Shown in pieces: positions 36,885-47,454 of a DNA stretch of 64,000 nucleotides. Where the stretch lies: positions 37,256-101,255 of IMG/VR virus record IMGVR_UViG_3300035670_000078; one strand, written 5' to 3'. Under the pieces are notes generated by a model. That model was not told the DNA's origin. It did no database searches and worked only from the letters and a program-made list of their open reading frames with translations. This stretch comes from a virus. Within the stretch, counting starts at the first letter, position 1, and each line of letters begins with the position of its first letter. Made by a program: the position numbers and the translations under genes.

Positions 36885-38233
36885 CTCAATGTGATGTCGT
36901 TGTAGTAGCAGACGAACTTTGTTCGTGGCGTCGCTGGGTACCGGTCAGTCTGGTCAAACTTGATGTTGCGTACGCCAGGGATGTTGATCAGCTCACCGCA
37001 GAGGCGGAAAATGAGGAGTGGTGATCCTGGGAGGACGCGAGACACGTACTCGGACGTGGCTCGTTTCACCGTGTCGAACACATCGCTGATATCGTAGCCC
37101 GGATAGACCGTAACATTGGCACTAAGCTTGAGGCTCGTAACAGTCGGAACGACGACGCGAACTCGAGAGCCTGCGGCTCGGCAGTTCGCTTCGACGTACG
37201 CTTGAAGCTCGGCGGGAAGCCCGGTGTAAACCTGATGCCCGCCTGTAGACCACTCGTCGCCTGCAGCGAGGGGCAACGACGTGGAGTTAGGCTTCGCCAG
37301 CATCACACCCCGCTCCTCGACAACAAGGAAGTCCGAGGTCGGAGCGGTGTAGGTGACACCGCTCACCGTTAGATTTGGAGCCGTTGCGGCGGGTGATTCA
37401 AAGGTGAACTGATGCCTGGCTGATGTGGAGTCGATGTCAGGAACCACACCACTTTGAGTATTAGCCGCTCGCGTGCTGCCAATAAAACCAAAGCCGTCGT
37501 CGATCAGAAGCTCGCAATATCCGCGCGTGTCTGGGTCTTCCCAGACACGCGCGTATCGGACACGTTGATCTGTGCTGGTCGGGATGTAGTTGACGGCCAG
37601 CGCCTCGATCGCTGTGTTGGTGGTGCGCGTCAGGGCATTGAGCCAAAGCTCGGCGCGTCCGCGAAGCTCATCATCAGACTCGCGCTCGGAGCCGCCACCA
37701 ACACCCACCAGATTGCGCACCTGATAAACATCAGAGGGTGCCGACAGGAGGACGTTGATAGCCCCCGGAGGGGCGTTCGTTAGCGTGCCGACGGCAACAC
37801 TTCGGACACTGATGCCCGTGGCCGTAAGGCTTGCAGCATCGAAGGTGATGGTGTCGGTGTTGACGTACCTAAGGTCAGGGGCGTCTTCTCGGCTGAACGA
37901 CAGCTCGCCAGGACCGTAGCTGACAGTGGTCCCGGACGTACTTCTCCAGAGCGTGACATTTCCACCTCGAGCAGGTCGAGGCTCACGACGCCGCTCAAAG
38001 CCTGTGGGGAGCTGAGCGATACGGTCGTCCAGCAGCTGTCCACGCGCATTAAACAGATGCGACTGGTGGAAGTCGGAGAGTTTGAACTGAACGCTCGACA
38101 TCTCGTCCGAGACCACGCCGAGAATCGAACCGAACTCGCTGCCCTCGCTGAGGTCAATCAGCCGGGACGTGGCGATGAGGCGCGTGAGCATCCGGCGCCG
38201 GATCTCATCGGGGTACTCAGGGGTGAACGGCAT
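36881..38233 (-). CDS. baseplate J/gp47-like wedge protein
   Basis: DLSEGS, GGGSERESDDELRGR, RAAG. Confidence 0.85.
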   Translation of the reverse strand: MPFTPEYPDEIRRRMLTRLIATSRLIDLSEGSEFGSILGVVSDEMSSVQFKLSDFHQSHLFNARGQLLDDRIAQLPTGFERRREPRPARGGNVTLWRSTSGTTVSYGPGELSFSREDAPDLRYVNTDTITFDAASLTATGISVRSVAVGTLTNAPPGAINVLLSAPSDVYQVRNLVGVGGGSERESDDELRGRAELWLNALTRTTNTAIEALAVNYIPTSTDQRVRYARVWEDPDTRGYCELLIDDGFGFIGSTRAANTQSGVVPDIDSTSARHQFTFESPAATAPNLTVSGVTYTAPTSDFLVVEERGVMLAKPNSTSLPLAAGDEWSTGGHQVYTGLPAELQAYVEANCRAAGSRVRVVVPTVTSLKLSANVTVYPGYDISDVFDTVKRATSEYVSRVLPGSPLLIFRLCGELINIPGVRNIKFDQTDRYPATPRTKFVCYYNDITLR

Positions 38234-38242
38234 CGTCGCCTC

Positions 38243-40030
38243 TCAGAAGGGGTAGGAGACACCGGTTCTGGTCTTCTCCTGCAGCGCCGTGATGATGGCC
38301 ATCTTCACGTCGATGTTGCCAGCCTCGGTGGTCATGTTCATCTCAGTCACGCGAGAAACACGGTGGTCCGACAGGGTCTGGTTTAGGATGTTGCTGTACA
38401 CTTGGCCAGCAAGATCGCTGCCCTCACTATCACCGACGAGCTTCGGCAGTCCGAAGTCAGGGTAGCTTCGATTCTCGCCGACGACGGTCAGCATCCGATG
38501 CCTGAAGTTCTGGTAGAAATTGGCCAGACCAGAAACCGTAGCGATGTCGGTGCCGTCGCCGACGGCGACAAGGTCACCGTCTCGGAAGAGAAGGTTCCGA
38601 CCATAGAAGGTGTCCGGGTCGATATTCTTGACACCGTTAATCGACGGCACGAGGAGGCGATCACCGGGTACGAGCGGCGTGCCGTCGTTCTTTGTGCGCG
38701 CGTCCTGCATCCTGTTCAGCTCGACAATTCGAGCCCAGTAGTTCCGTCCCCCGAGGTATTGAGCGGCGATGTCAAAGACGTTGGACTGGCTCTGCGTCAC
38801 GACAATGGAGATGACCGGATTACCGTTGTTGGGCAAAGGCCTAGGCGCCGTACTATTGGCAGCATTAGGCGGCACGTCTCCGATACGGAGGATCGGCACG
38901 CCGAGGTTGAGGCTTCCGATGAAGACCTCACACTGAATACTGAGGTCAAGCACCCACCTCAAAAACGAGTCGAGCAGGCCCTTCCAAGCAGCGAGCTGAG
39001 AGAACGTCAGTCGTTTCCGATAGGACGTTATCGCTTCCATCGTCTCTAGGCATAGGTAGTAGAGACGATACCAAAAATACCAGTCGTAGATGGTCGGATT
39101 GGGTATCGTCCTGACGTACTTCATTACTTTTAGCACGTGATTTGGTATGTTTCGTTCCAAATCAGGCGGCGCTTCGAGAACTCCTTTTGTCGCGAAATAA
39201 TAGCAATCGTGCGCAGGATCGGTATGATCTTGATCGACAGCCTCGCCGCCTTTGCTAGAGGCAAAGGCGTTGTCAGGATTCCAGGCTCTGCTGGGGACTC
39301 CATTAGTTACAAGCATCAGTTCGTAACTATAGCTGACACGAGACGAGCCGGAGTCACGTTGGTATCGGAAGGACGTGACGGTGGTTTCCCAGGCTTCTCC
39401 CTCCCACAAAGCTCTGAACACAAGCTTCGTCACCTTTTTTGCGTTGGCGCGGTAGAAGGCGTTCATCGTGTTGGACGCCGCGTGCGCGTAACTTTCTAGG
39501 AGGTTGCGAAGTTTAGCGAACCTCTGAAGCTGAGAGTTAGTGAAACCGCTTCGCCCTCTTATTCTGAAAGTCCTTTGCTTAAACCCGGAGTGCTCCTCGT
39601 ATGGAGTGCCGCCCAGGGTCCACGTTCTCGTGACCGCATTAGGCTGATCCATCTCGATAGAGGTCACGAACGGGAGCGACAGCACTGTGTTGGGGTTATC
39701 ACCACCTTCTTTAAACAACTGCAGTATGTAGTTGTGAGGGTGATTGCCGATTGTATAAAACCCCTCCTTTTGGGGAGGCGTCTTACTGTCCTCTGAACCA
39801 CTAGCTCCACTAGGTCGTGAACTAGCTCGGTCTGCTCGTGTAGTGTTGTTAGTTTCGATAAACTGCCTGTTTAGGCAAGCAGCTTCATCCTCACTGTTCT
39901 CTAGCGCGTAGCAATCTTCCATAGAAGATGGTGCGGTGGGCGCATCAGTAGCTTTCGTCTTAAGCCTCGACTTACTCGCAGATGCGGCCTGAACGGCGGA
40001 CCTGCGCGCGGGATCTGTAAAAAAGCCCAC
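38243..40030 (-). CDS. baseplate protein: tube-initiator-like + LysM + gp25-like wedge domains
   Basis: VFDIAAQYLGGRNYWARIVELN..LVPGDRLLVP (LysM-like); GDL..SGLANFYQ..YPDFG..LSDHRV (gp25-like). Confidence 0.7.
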   Translation of the reverse strand: MGFFTDPARRSAVQAASASKSRLKTKATDAPTAPSSMEDCYALENSEDEAACLNRQFIETNNTTRADRASSRPSGASGSEDSKTPPQKEGFYTIGNHPHNYILQLFKEGGDNPNTVLSLPFVTSIEMDQPNAVTRTWTLGGTPYEEHSGFKQRTFRIRGRSGFTNSQLQRFAKLRNLLESYAHAASNTMNAFYRANAKKVTKLVFRALWEGEAWETTVTSFRYQRDSGSSRVSYSYELMLVTNGVPSRAWNPDNAFASSKGGEAVDQDHTDPAHDCYYFATKGVLEAPPDLERNIPNHVLKVMKYVRTIPNPTIYDWYFWYRLYYLCLETMEAITSYRKRLTFSQLAAWKGLLDSFLRWVLDLSIQCEVFIGSLNLGVPILRIGDVPPNAANSTAPRPLPNNGNPVISIVVTQSQSNVFDIAAQYLGGRNYWARIVELNRMQDARTKNDGTPLVPGDRLLVPSINGVKNIDPDTFYGRNLLFRDGDLVAVGDGTDIATVSGLANFYQNFRHRMLTVVGENRSYPDFGLPKLVGDSEGSDLAGQVYSNILNQTLSDHRVSRVTEMNMTTEAGNIDVKMAIITALQEKTRTGVSYPF

Positions 40031-40051
40031 AGCTACCCTCCATCGGGACGG

Positions 40052-40882
40052 TTATGTCCCTGCCTCTACGTGAGATGCTAAGCGAAGCACTGCGCTACGG
40101 ACGGTGGTTGGGTCCAGCTCCGTAGGAGGCTCTGGCGGTGACGAAACGACCGTGCTGACGGGGATCGCAGCCGTAGGTCCAGCCGGTCCCGTGACCAGGA
40201 ACAACTGAGACGCCCATTGATAGAGTGAGTTGGCCCATTCCGTCATCGCAGCGCAGTACGCGATGATAGTGTCATCACGCTCTTTAAACGGAGTGGCGAG
40301 AACCGGGCCATCGCTCGCGTCTGTACCCTTAGGCACCATCACCCTACCACTGTCAGCGATAAGCTCGATGTTGCGTGCGGACACAATGACGGCGTCGTTG
40401 CCGGCCGTCTCGTCTCTGATAACGATCTTCGTGTTGTCGTTCTGAATGATGACGTCGTTGATTGTCACGGACGGCGGATTGCCACTCGCTTCTGTCTTTG
40501 GTGGATCTGGTGGCGGTGTCGGTGGTGGTGGCGGGGTTCCGGGGCCGGTGGCTGTGGGCTCATAGTAGATACTTGGGTTGTCAATCCGACCGAGGATCAC
40601 AGGACCACGACCACCGCTGCGGGTCAGAGCGATCACGAGGGGGTAGGTGCCGTCGTTCAGGTCCTCACCGTTCCAAGGTGTAGAAGGAGCCCCGATTCGA
40701 TTCGTGTTGCCGTTGAAGACTGGGCAGTTGAAGTGAAGTACACCACCCTCTGGACTAAACACGTCGCAGCGATGGTCCCCGCTGTCGTTGGCGTAGCTTC
40801 GAATGGCGTACATGATCTCGCAGCCGCCGGCACCGAGAACGCGGCCAATGGGAGAAGGTCTGAACTTGCTGACCATTACCAT
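40052..40882 (-). CDS. baseplate spike (gpV/gp45-like)
   Basis: Position after the hub; OB-like N-terminus ending PVILG, then beta-strand repeats. Confidence 0.55.
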   Translation of the reverse strand: MVMVSKFRPSPIGRVLGAGGCEIMYAIRSYANDSGDHRCDVFSPEGGVLHFNCPVFNGNTNRIGAPSTPWNGEDLNDGTYPLVIALTRSGGRGPVILGRIDNPSIYYEPTATGPGTPPPPPTPPPDPPKTEASGNPPSVTINDVIIQNDNTKIVIRDETAGNDAVIVSARNIELIADSGRVMVPKGTDASDGPVLATPFKERDDTIIAYCAAMTEWANSLYQWASQLFLVTGPAGPTAAIPVSTVVSSPPEPPTELDPTTVRSAVLRLASHVEAGT

Positions 40883-40890
40883 CCCCTCAG

Positions 40891-43626
40891 TTACTTGTAG
40901 TTCTTAGCGCGGTTAACGACGTCATACAGGTCAGTGCCGAGAGCGTCGTACCTGTTGGAGTATATCTGCCTGTGATGATACACGCCACCTTTACCCAACT
41001 TACCGCTGGCACCTTTCTCTTTAAAGATCTCTTTCATCTCACTGTCTTTAAGCACAATCATGTTGTACCGGGTATCGTAGCCGTCGACCTTGGTCGCTAT
41101 GAGAGGGAACCCCACGTGCCTGTTAAGAGACCCTAGTAGAATAGCTAGCGCATTCAGCTGGACTTGGCTCGGTACCCACAGAGCGGACTTAGTGGTCTCG
41201 TTCACGTACTTTGATCCTGACCACTTCCAAACTTTAAACCCAGTAGAAGCAACACCACCTACTGTGTTCACTGGATTCTCAACAAGTACCCAGCCTCGCT
41301 CTTTGGCCTTAGCTACCTTTTCAGGTGTATCTACAAACTTTATTTCTGGGCAGATAAGATCGATACCAACGGACACTGCGTTAGTAGGATAACCAGGTAC
41401 ACCGCCATGGTATACGACTTTATCCAAGTCGGCGTACTGGTAAATGGCTCCGTTAGGATCGATACCGAAGTGTGACGAGACGTAGCTGGTGCCGTCTTTA
41501 GGCTTCAAGTCGTCTATGGATTTTTGAAAGAAATCTTTAAGTGAAACAGCCGTCGAATACACGCTGCCCGCGTCATAATGAATGATGGCGGCGTTGAAAT
41601 CGCTAGACTTTCTGTTGTAGTAGCCAGAAGTTCCAACTTCGTCGTAATTTATCAGGTACCTGAATGCCCCGCCCGGTGGTGAAGCAGTGTAGCCGTAGTC
41701 GTTACCAGCAATCAAAATACTGCCAGTCGAGACAGGAGTCTGCTTACCATCGAACTTGGATCCTCGAGCGTTCTGGGTCCTCGGCTTCGGAGCGACCGGC
41801 TCTCTGAGGGGAACGAGGGTGTCTCGGGAGAGTGCATCCGCAGAGACACCTACGTGCCCTCGGCTGTACTCAATCGTGGTGGAGGCCGCTTCGATACCAC
41901 CATCGCGAATCGAGAACGTGTGACCGATCGTTTCGCAGTACCCGTAGATGACATCGAGCTTGCGGTCCAAGGACATCGCAAAGCCCTCCCCGTGCCTAAG
42001 CATGAGGACCTTATCGACGACGGGAGAAATGCCTTCGTTGGTGATCGCCTCGGTCAGGTTCAGACTGATCGTACCCTTCAGGTACATGTGATTGTTTTTG
42101 TAGAACTGCATGAACTGCGCACAGATGGTGCGCATGAAGGTGACCCAGTCACCGCCCTCAGCACTCGTAGCCGGATCAATCGGAAGCGGTTTCTGCCCTT
42201 CTGCGGCGCGCTTTTTGTTCTCAAGCGCGCGCTCGCGTAGCTTCTTAGAGATGTTGAGGTTGTACGTCCATGTAGGCTTAGAGAGACGAAGGCCGTGGCG
42301 AGCGATCTCCTCGTCATAGGTGATCGGCAACCCCGCGCCAAGCACACCCTCGATGCCGGACTTCTCATCGAAAGAGAGCTTGATTGAGCTGCAATTGATT
42401 CGGTTCCGGTCGTCCCGAGACCAGGTCATCGAGCGGACCAAGCTGGTGTCGATATTGGTCAGTGTGGTGTAGTCCCAGGTGACCTGCTCAAACGCATTGT
42501 CAAGAAGCTCAGTGGCCTTGGCGTTAGCGGCGGTCTTCAGGTAATCGATGCGTGCGGCGGCTTCTTGGGCTCTTACATTAGCCGCCGCCTTGGTGGCCTC
42601 GTCGGGGTTGCTGTTGCCATCAGCTGCTAGCTGGCTCAGCTCCCACTGATACGCTCTCTCCACCTCATCGTGCTTGTAAGCGACGTGGGCTACAGCCGCT
42701 TCCCTGAGAGGCTTATCCCGGAACGGCTTCATCCTGAGGATCAGCGTGTGATGACCTCCGAAATATTCGTTGGTAACTCCCCAATTTTGTGAGCTACTTT
42801 GAGACCCTTGAACACCGCTAGCACCTGGTGCTGTCTGTGGTGCCAAGGGCTCAAAAGACGGAAACAACTCAATCAACATCGGCTCAGGTACAAAAGTACC
42901 TGTGAAAAAATCAACGACTGAGTTCTCGTAAGCACCCATAGCGGATTGAATCCGTGTTGGGGAACCTCCACCGATGTCAATCGACTCTACAGGCCGATAT
43001 TTCCAGGCAGCATTAAAAAGCGCATCGTCGGTAACGACCCATATCCGATCAGCTAAGATGTTCGAAATGGCTTGCCCGTTAAAAGTTCCATTTAACGGCA
43101 GCTTGATCTTACTGACGATCTGTTTAAATAAGTCCGTGAACGCCTTACCGAGCGCACCGGCCGTGTATTCGGTGACGACGGTGCTGATGAGCTTTGACCA
43201 TGTGGGCATCGAGAAGACCGTACCCACGTCCTCTGTCCACCCGAGGACAGAGTAGATGTTGACGGTCGACAGGAAGTTCCACCAGCTGGTGGCCTTGAAG
43301 ACACACGGCTGTGTAGAGACTCCACCGATCGGCGACACGCCGATGCCGCCGCTGGTGGAGTCAACATGAAGAAGGCCGGCGCTGAGCACGCCGGTGTTCT
43401 GTGCCGAGGCTGACGTGATTCGAAAATCGATCCAGTCACCCTCCATGACACGTGTAAAGGAGTCTCCCACCGTAGCCTTCCAAGTAACGGTGAGAGACTG
43501 CCAGGGGGCCGAGATGGATTGAAACCACTCGACCTTTAGGACATCGTCAGTGAGGTCGTCTACTTCCGTACGACCATGCCTAAGCACTTTAACAGTTATT
43601 CTTGGAAGGTTAGGCATTGGACGCAT
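40891..43626 (-). CDS. baseplate hub fused to N-acetylmuramoyl-L-alanine amidase (Amidase_2-like)
   Basis: Hub-like N-terminus; C-terminal IIHYD, VSSHFGIDPNGAIYQY, YHGG, NAVSVGID, YHHRQI..RYD. Confidence 0.75.
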   Translation of the reverse strand: MRPMPNLPRITVKVLRHGRTEVDDLTDDVLKVEWFQSISAPWQSLTVTWKATVGDSFTRVMEGDWIDFRITSASAQNTGVLSAGLLHVDSTSGGIGVSPIGGVSTQPCVFKATSWWNFLSTVNIYSVLGWTEDVGTVFSMPTWSKLISTVVTEYTAGALGKAFTDLFKQIVSKIKLPLNGTFNGQAISNILADRIWVVTDDALFNAAWKYRPVESIDIGGGSPTRIQSAMGAYENSVVDFFTGTFVPEPMLIELFPSFEPLAPQTAPGASGVQGSQSSSQNWGVTNEYFGGHHTLILRMKPFRDKPLREAAVAHVAYKHDEVERAYQWELSQLAADGNSNPDEATKAAANVRAQEAAARIDYLKTAANAKATELLDNAFEQVTWDYTTLTNIDTSLVRSMTWSRDDRNRINCSSIKLSFDEKSGIEGVLGAGLPITYDEEIARHGLRLSKPTWTYNLNISKKLRERALENKKRAAEGQKPLPIDPATSAEGGDWVTFMRTICAQFMQFYKNNHMYLKGTISLNLTEAITNEGISPVVDKVLMLRHGEGFAMSLDRKLDVIYGYCETIGHTFSIRDGGIEAASTTIEYSRGHVGVSADALSRDTLVPLREPVAPKPRTQNARGSKFDGKQTPVSTGSILIAGNDYGYTASPPGGAFRYLINYDEVGTSGYYNRKSSDFNAAIIHYDAGSVYSTAVSLKDFFQKSIDDLKPKDGTSYVSSHFGIDPNGAIYQYADLDKVVYHGGVPGYPTNAVSVGIDLICPEIKFVDTPEKVAKAKERGWVLVENPVNTVGGVASTGFKVWKWSGSKYVNETTKSALWVPSQVQLNALAILLGSLNRHVGFPLIATKVDGYDTRYNMIVLKDSEMKEIFKEKGASGKLGKGGVYHHRQIYSNRYDALGTDLYDVVNRAKNYK

Positions 43627-43648
43627 CTACGGACTCCTTGGAAGGCTG

Positions 43649-46600
43649 TCAGAAACCAACAAGCGCGCCTAGCGAATTTGCAATTCGGTCCAGCTTAACT
43701 GCAATGTCGTCCAAGGAGGCTTGTCTAGAAGCAGCACGCTCTTCCTCCGAAACCGACTTGTCTGCCTTGGATCTCTCGATGTCCAGCCTATTAGCAATTT
43801 CGCCTGGCTTAGTGGTCGAAAGGAACGGAAAGAGCTTGTACAGCTCATTTTCAATGCCTTCCATGAAGGTCATCTCTTTAGGTCTCGCGGCCATGAACTT
43901 ACCTACATCAGACCGGGCCAAGTTACCTGTGGCTTGGATACCGTATCCCGCCAGCTCTGGACCAAGACGAGACCGAGTGAACTCGATGAACTCGGGGGAG
44001 CTTGTGTCCATGGTTCTAGCCATTTCCATGGCTTTACCAGGATCACCTCCCGATCTCTCTAAGGCGTACAAGAAAGCCATAGAGTTGGTAAGCGACCGGT
44101 AGGGGGCTGACAGTGTCTGATAAGCCCCCCGGCTTAGCTGCATCATGTTAGACTTAGCCATGCCGATGACACCAGGCGTAATACCCGCCTCACTCAATCC
44201 TCGAGTATGTGCTGCGAGGCTCGTGAGGTCCGTAAACATTCCCTCTCGATTCATGGCGAGGGCTGTGCCCATGACCTGGGACGCTGCTGAAACAGGCAAT
44301 CCGCCGCGTATCGCCGCCGCAAAGTTGCTGAGCGCCGTGGAGCTGACTCCTCCGGTGAGCTTGTTTACGCCGAGGCCGATATTAGACAGCCCCATTCCCT
44401 GCATGGCGATCGCGGATTGCACGGCGTTCATGCCGAGGCCGCTACTCTTAGCGATGGCGGTCGCGTAGGCTCCGATAGCAAGCTCGCTAACGCCTGCTTG
44501 ATAAGGCACGTTTCCGTAGCCGCCGGTACCCATAGAGGGTTGGAACCTGCCACCAGGCCCGACAAAAGACAGCTCTTTTCCGTATAAGGACCGAGCTAGC
44601 CTCTGAATAGGAATGCCCTCGGCACTGATAGCACTTGCAGCCTTAAGCATCTCAGAGCCGGAGACAGCGCCGCCGTAGCCAAATCGATCCATGGCCGTGT
44701 TAAGAACGCCTTCAAGAAAGTCGCGTTCTTTATTCATGACAGCCATTCGAGCGCCCGCTGTCAGGAACTTCGCTTGCTCAGTTGTTAAGTTTAATACGCC
44801 TGGTTTGTACTTTGTGGTAAGCGCAAAGGCGCTATTTTTTGAGCTTATCTCTCCGACTTCAGAATTGTATCTTTTAGCACCATCTCTTATCGCAGAGATA
44901 GCCTCTATGCCATACTTTTCATAAAAGTAATCAAGGTCTACTGGACCAGTTTTAAATGTCTCAAATCCAGTATTAAAAGCAGCTGCTACAGGGCTAGGGT
45001 TAAGAATCTGAGCAAGCTCCAGATGGCGCTCAGTGCGAAGCTGACCGACCTCCTGCCTAATTTTAGCCCCGCGCTCTGCGAAGCTTCCAAATACATTTGT
45101 GGCAGCGCTGAGGATGGTAGCTCCGATAAGTCCGCCAAAGGCTCCAAGCGTACCCTTTTGTATAAAGTTATTTGTAGCTAGGTCTTGAAGAGCACCTGCT
45201 CCCCCCATAAGACCTCTAGTCGCTACGTAACTAGGAAGCTCTGCACCAGACACTCCCGCCATGCCGCCAAAAAATCCAGCAGCACGGCCGCCGAGACCTC
45301 GAACAAGATAAGTAAGACCGAGTGCTTCTCTTGAAGTAAAATCGGCCTGCTGTTTGGTGGCGTCCTTTGTGGCCTTGGTGTTGTTCACCAGCTCTCTGGT
45401 GACCTGCGCCCGCGCCTCGTTGCCCTTCGCAACGAGGTCGAGGGCTTCTTGAAGCTCAGGCTTAAGGATGTCCGTGGCCGACAGCATCTCCTTGCCACGA
45501 GCGATATCCCGGTCCGCCTGTGCAAGTCGAGCGCGCTGCTCTTCAGTCATTGTGGGGGCGGCGCGCTTGCCGGGCGCGGTGACGTCGACCGGGCCGAGCA
45601 TGGCCTCTTTGAGTTTCGCCGCCGACACTGTCTCACGCTTGGCGATTGCCTCGCGAGCCTTTCTAATCTCGCGCTCTGTCGCGGGCTTGTACTCCTTAAA
45701 TCCAGCTCGCAGGCCCGACATCTCAATGTCGTATTCTGTCTCGTAGCGAGCCCTGGCGACGGGATCTAGGTCCGGGTCCTGAATCCGCCTGAAGAGGTCC
45801 TGAGTTCTCATCAGGCCTTCTTCAAACATCGCGGCCAGACGCGGGCTGCGTGAAATGGCCTGCAGTACACGCTCTGAGCGCGCCCCCCGCTTCATCTGAG
45901 CCAGCTCAGGCGACTGCTCACGCCTACGGCGCCTTACGTCGCGCTCTCCAGAAGCAATTGTGGCGCGCTCAGAGTTGTACTTCGCCGAAAAGTCATTGAA
46001 CAGATCGTTGGCCTGCTGCAGGGCAATACCCTGTATTTCTCCCCCTAGCGCCTCATTGCTAGACAGATCAAATAGATCTTCAAGCCTAGTAGCCGTAGGA
46101 TCGAAATACCCCGGTCTGTAGCCGAGGTCAGCTTCTCTGAGTGATTTTAGACGCGCCTTGAGCTGAGAAACCGGAAGGGCTTTGACCTTAGCTAGCGTGC
46201 CCTTGCCACCCGCCGTCTTAATTTCAGCTTCAGCGACCTGGCCCGTCGTGGCTGCGCGAATAAAGACGTCACGGCGCGCGTGGGCTAGCTGTATCTGAGC
46301 AGCAGAAAGGTCCTGCATCGTCGCCGGGTCGATGACACCGGACTCAAACCCAGCTTGCGCGATGTTACGGATGACGCCGGCTCGGCCCGCCATGAAGGGG
46401 GCCACGTACCGCATCGAATTGATGCCGGCCATTGCGGCCCAGTACTGGGGGGAGGACTTCGCCGGCGGCTGAAACACACCCTCTTTATTATAGAGGGGCG
46501 CCAGATACTTGGGGGCCAGCTGCTCTATCGCCTGATGCGCTTGGGCTCTGGCCGTGTCAGGGTCAACGCCCAAGCGCTCTAGGCTAGCTTGCGTGGCTTG

Positions 46601-46669
46601 GCGAGTCTGGGTTATGTGCTCTCTGATGTTTAAAAGGATATCGAGTGTGTGTTGATTCGAACTCGCCAC
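43649..46669 (-). CDS. tail tape measure protein
   Basis: 1006 aa, helical, Ala/Gly-rich; lies between tail chaperone and hub. Confidence 0.75.
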   Translation of the reverse strand: MASSNQHTLDILLNIREHITQTRQATQASLERLGVDPDTARAQAHQAIEQLAPKYLAPLYNKEGVFQPPAKSSPQYWAAMAGINSMRYVAPFMAGRAGVIRNIAQAGFESGVIDPATMQDLSAAQIQLAHARRDVFIRAATTGQVAEAEIKTAGGKGTLAKVKALPVSQLKARLKSLREADLGYRPGYFDPTATRLEDLFDLSSNEALGGEIQGIALQQANDLFNDFSAKYNSERATIASGERDVRRRRREQSPELAQMKRGARSERVLQAISRSPRLAAMFEEGLMRTQDLFRRIQDPDLDPVARARYETEYDIEMSGLRAGFKEYKPATEREIRKAREAIAKRETVSAAKLKEAMLGPVDVTAPGKRAAPTMTEEQRARLAQADRDIARGKEMLSATDILKPELQEALDLVAKGNEARAQVTRELVNNTKATKDATKQQADFTSREALGLTYLVRGLGGRAAGFFGGMAGVSGAELPSYVATRGLMGGAGALQDLATNNFIQKGTLGAFGGLIGATILSAATNVFGSFAERGAKIRQEVGQLRTERHLELAQILNPSPVAAAFNTGFETFKTGPVDLDYFYEKYGIEAISAIRDGAKRYNSEVGEISSKNSAFALTTKYKPGVLNLTTEQAKFLTAGARMAVMNKERDFLEGVLNTAMDRFGYGGAVSGSEMLKAASAISAEGIPIQRLARSLYGKELSFVGPGGRFQPSMGTGGYGNVPYQAGVSELAIGAYATAIAKSSGLGMNAVQSAIAMQGMGLSNIGLGVNKLTGGVSSTALSNFAAAIRGGLPVSAASQVMGTALAMNREGMFTDLTSLAAHTRGLSEAGITPGVIGMAKSNMMQLSRGAYQTLSAPYRSLTNSMAFLYALERSGGDPGKAMEMARTMDTSSPEFIEFTRSRLGPELAGYGIQATGNLARSDVGKFMAARPKEMTFMEGIENELYKLFPFLSTTKPGEIANRLDIERSKADKSVSEEERAASRQASLDDIAVKLDRIANSLGALVGF

Positions 46670-46670
46670 T

Positions 46671-46982
46671 TCACGTCTCCTTTAAAACATACTTTTTGTA
46701 GAACTGCGCTTCTAGCTGATCGATCTGGTAGTCCCCTGTAGTTATGGGGCCTTCCTGCTTATCAGGGGTCTCTGCGGCCTTGGCATCGAGCCACCTGCCG
46801 TAGATTTGATTCCAGATATCGTCATCGCACCGCATCAGCGCATGCTCAAAATACTCCTCCTCCGCGACGCAGAGTTGCGTAGGGGAGTATTTACTGGCCG
46901 GTAACGGGGGGAGGCTTGATTTGAGTAAGTACCATTCCCCCCGGCTTCTTATCTTCGCCACCCGTTCGATAGTCTCCGCGAA
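46671..46982 (-). CDS. tail assembly chaperone extension (probable +1 frameshift product)
   Basis: Open +1 frame from TTT-C at 46983-46980; ITTGDYQIDQLE C-terminus; no convincing own RBS. Confidence 0.55.
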   Translation of the reverse strand, partial: FAETIERVAKIRSRGEWYLLKSSLPPLPASKYSPTQLCVAEEEYFEHALMRCDDDIWNQIYGRWLDAKAAETPDKQEGPITTGDYQIDQLEAQFYKKYVLKET

Positions 46983-47388
46983 ACCAGGCAGCCCGGTGGC
47001 TGGTAACCGCTTCGTAAACTTGCAACGAAATAGTTTCGTCAAGTTCGAACGCGGTCTTAAGCCACTCGGGTACCTCTTTCCCCCACATCACAAGGACCGT
47101 GGCGCGAGCCAGGCAAATACGCTTGCCGTACTCGGGGAGATAATCGAAGTCGACGCCAGCGAACATCGCGGACAGCTGCGTCACGCGCATAAGCTCGTCT
47201 TGCGTAAAGATTCGCACATCGAGCGACGCCTCGTACTCTTCGCCTTCAGGGTCGACGTACTCAACCTTGAAAGTAGCCACCGGAGGAACCAGGGCGCGCT
47301 TGGTAGCCTTGGCAGGCTTGGACTTCAACTCGCGCTCATAGCGGAGCTGCTCAAGCTCATCGAGCTTGTCATCGTAGGAAGGCTTCAT
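46891..47388 (-). CDS. tail assembly chaperone
   Basis: Lies between tube and tape measure; VPEWL...AAWFRG. Confidence 0.75.
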   Translation of the reverse strand: MKPSYDDKLDELEQLRYERELKSKPAKATKRALVPPVATFKVEYVDPEGEEYEASLDVRIFTQDELMRVTQLSAMFAGVDFDYLPEYGKRICLARATVLVMWGKEVPEWLKTAFELDETISLQVYEAVTSHRAAWFRGDYRTGGEDKKPGGMVLTQIKPPPVTGQ

Positions 47389-47409
47389 TTTTAGGCACCT
47401 TACAAAGAT

Positions 47410-47448
47410 GCTGAAAACCCCGCCTGACTATCAGGCGGGGTTTTCAGC
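47410..47448. terminator. perfect 18-bp inverted repeat, terminator after tail tube
   Basis: GCTGAAAACCCCGCCTGA-CTA-TCAGGCGGGGTTTTCAGC. Confidence 0.75.
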
Positions 47449-47454
47449 GAGGGA

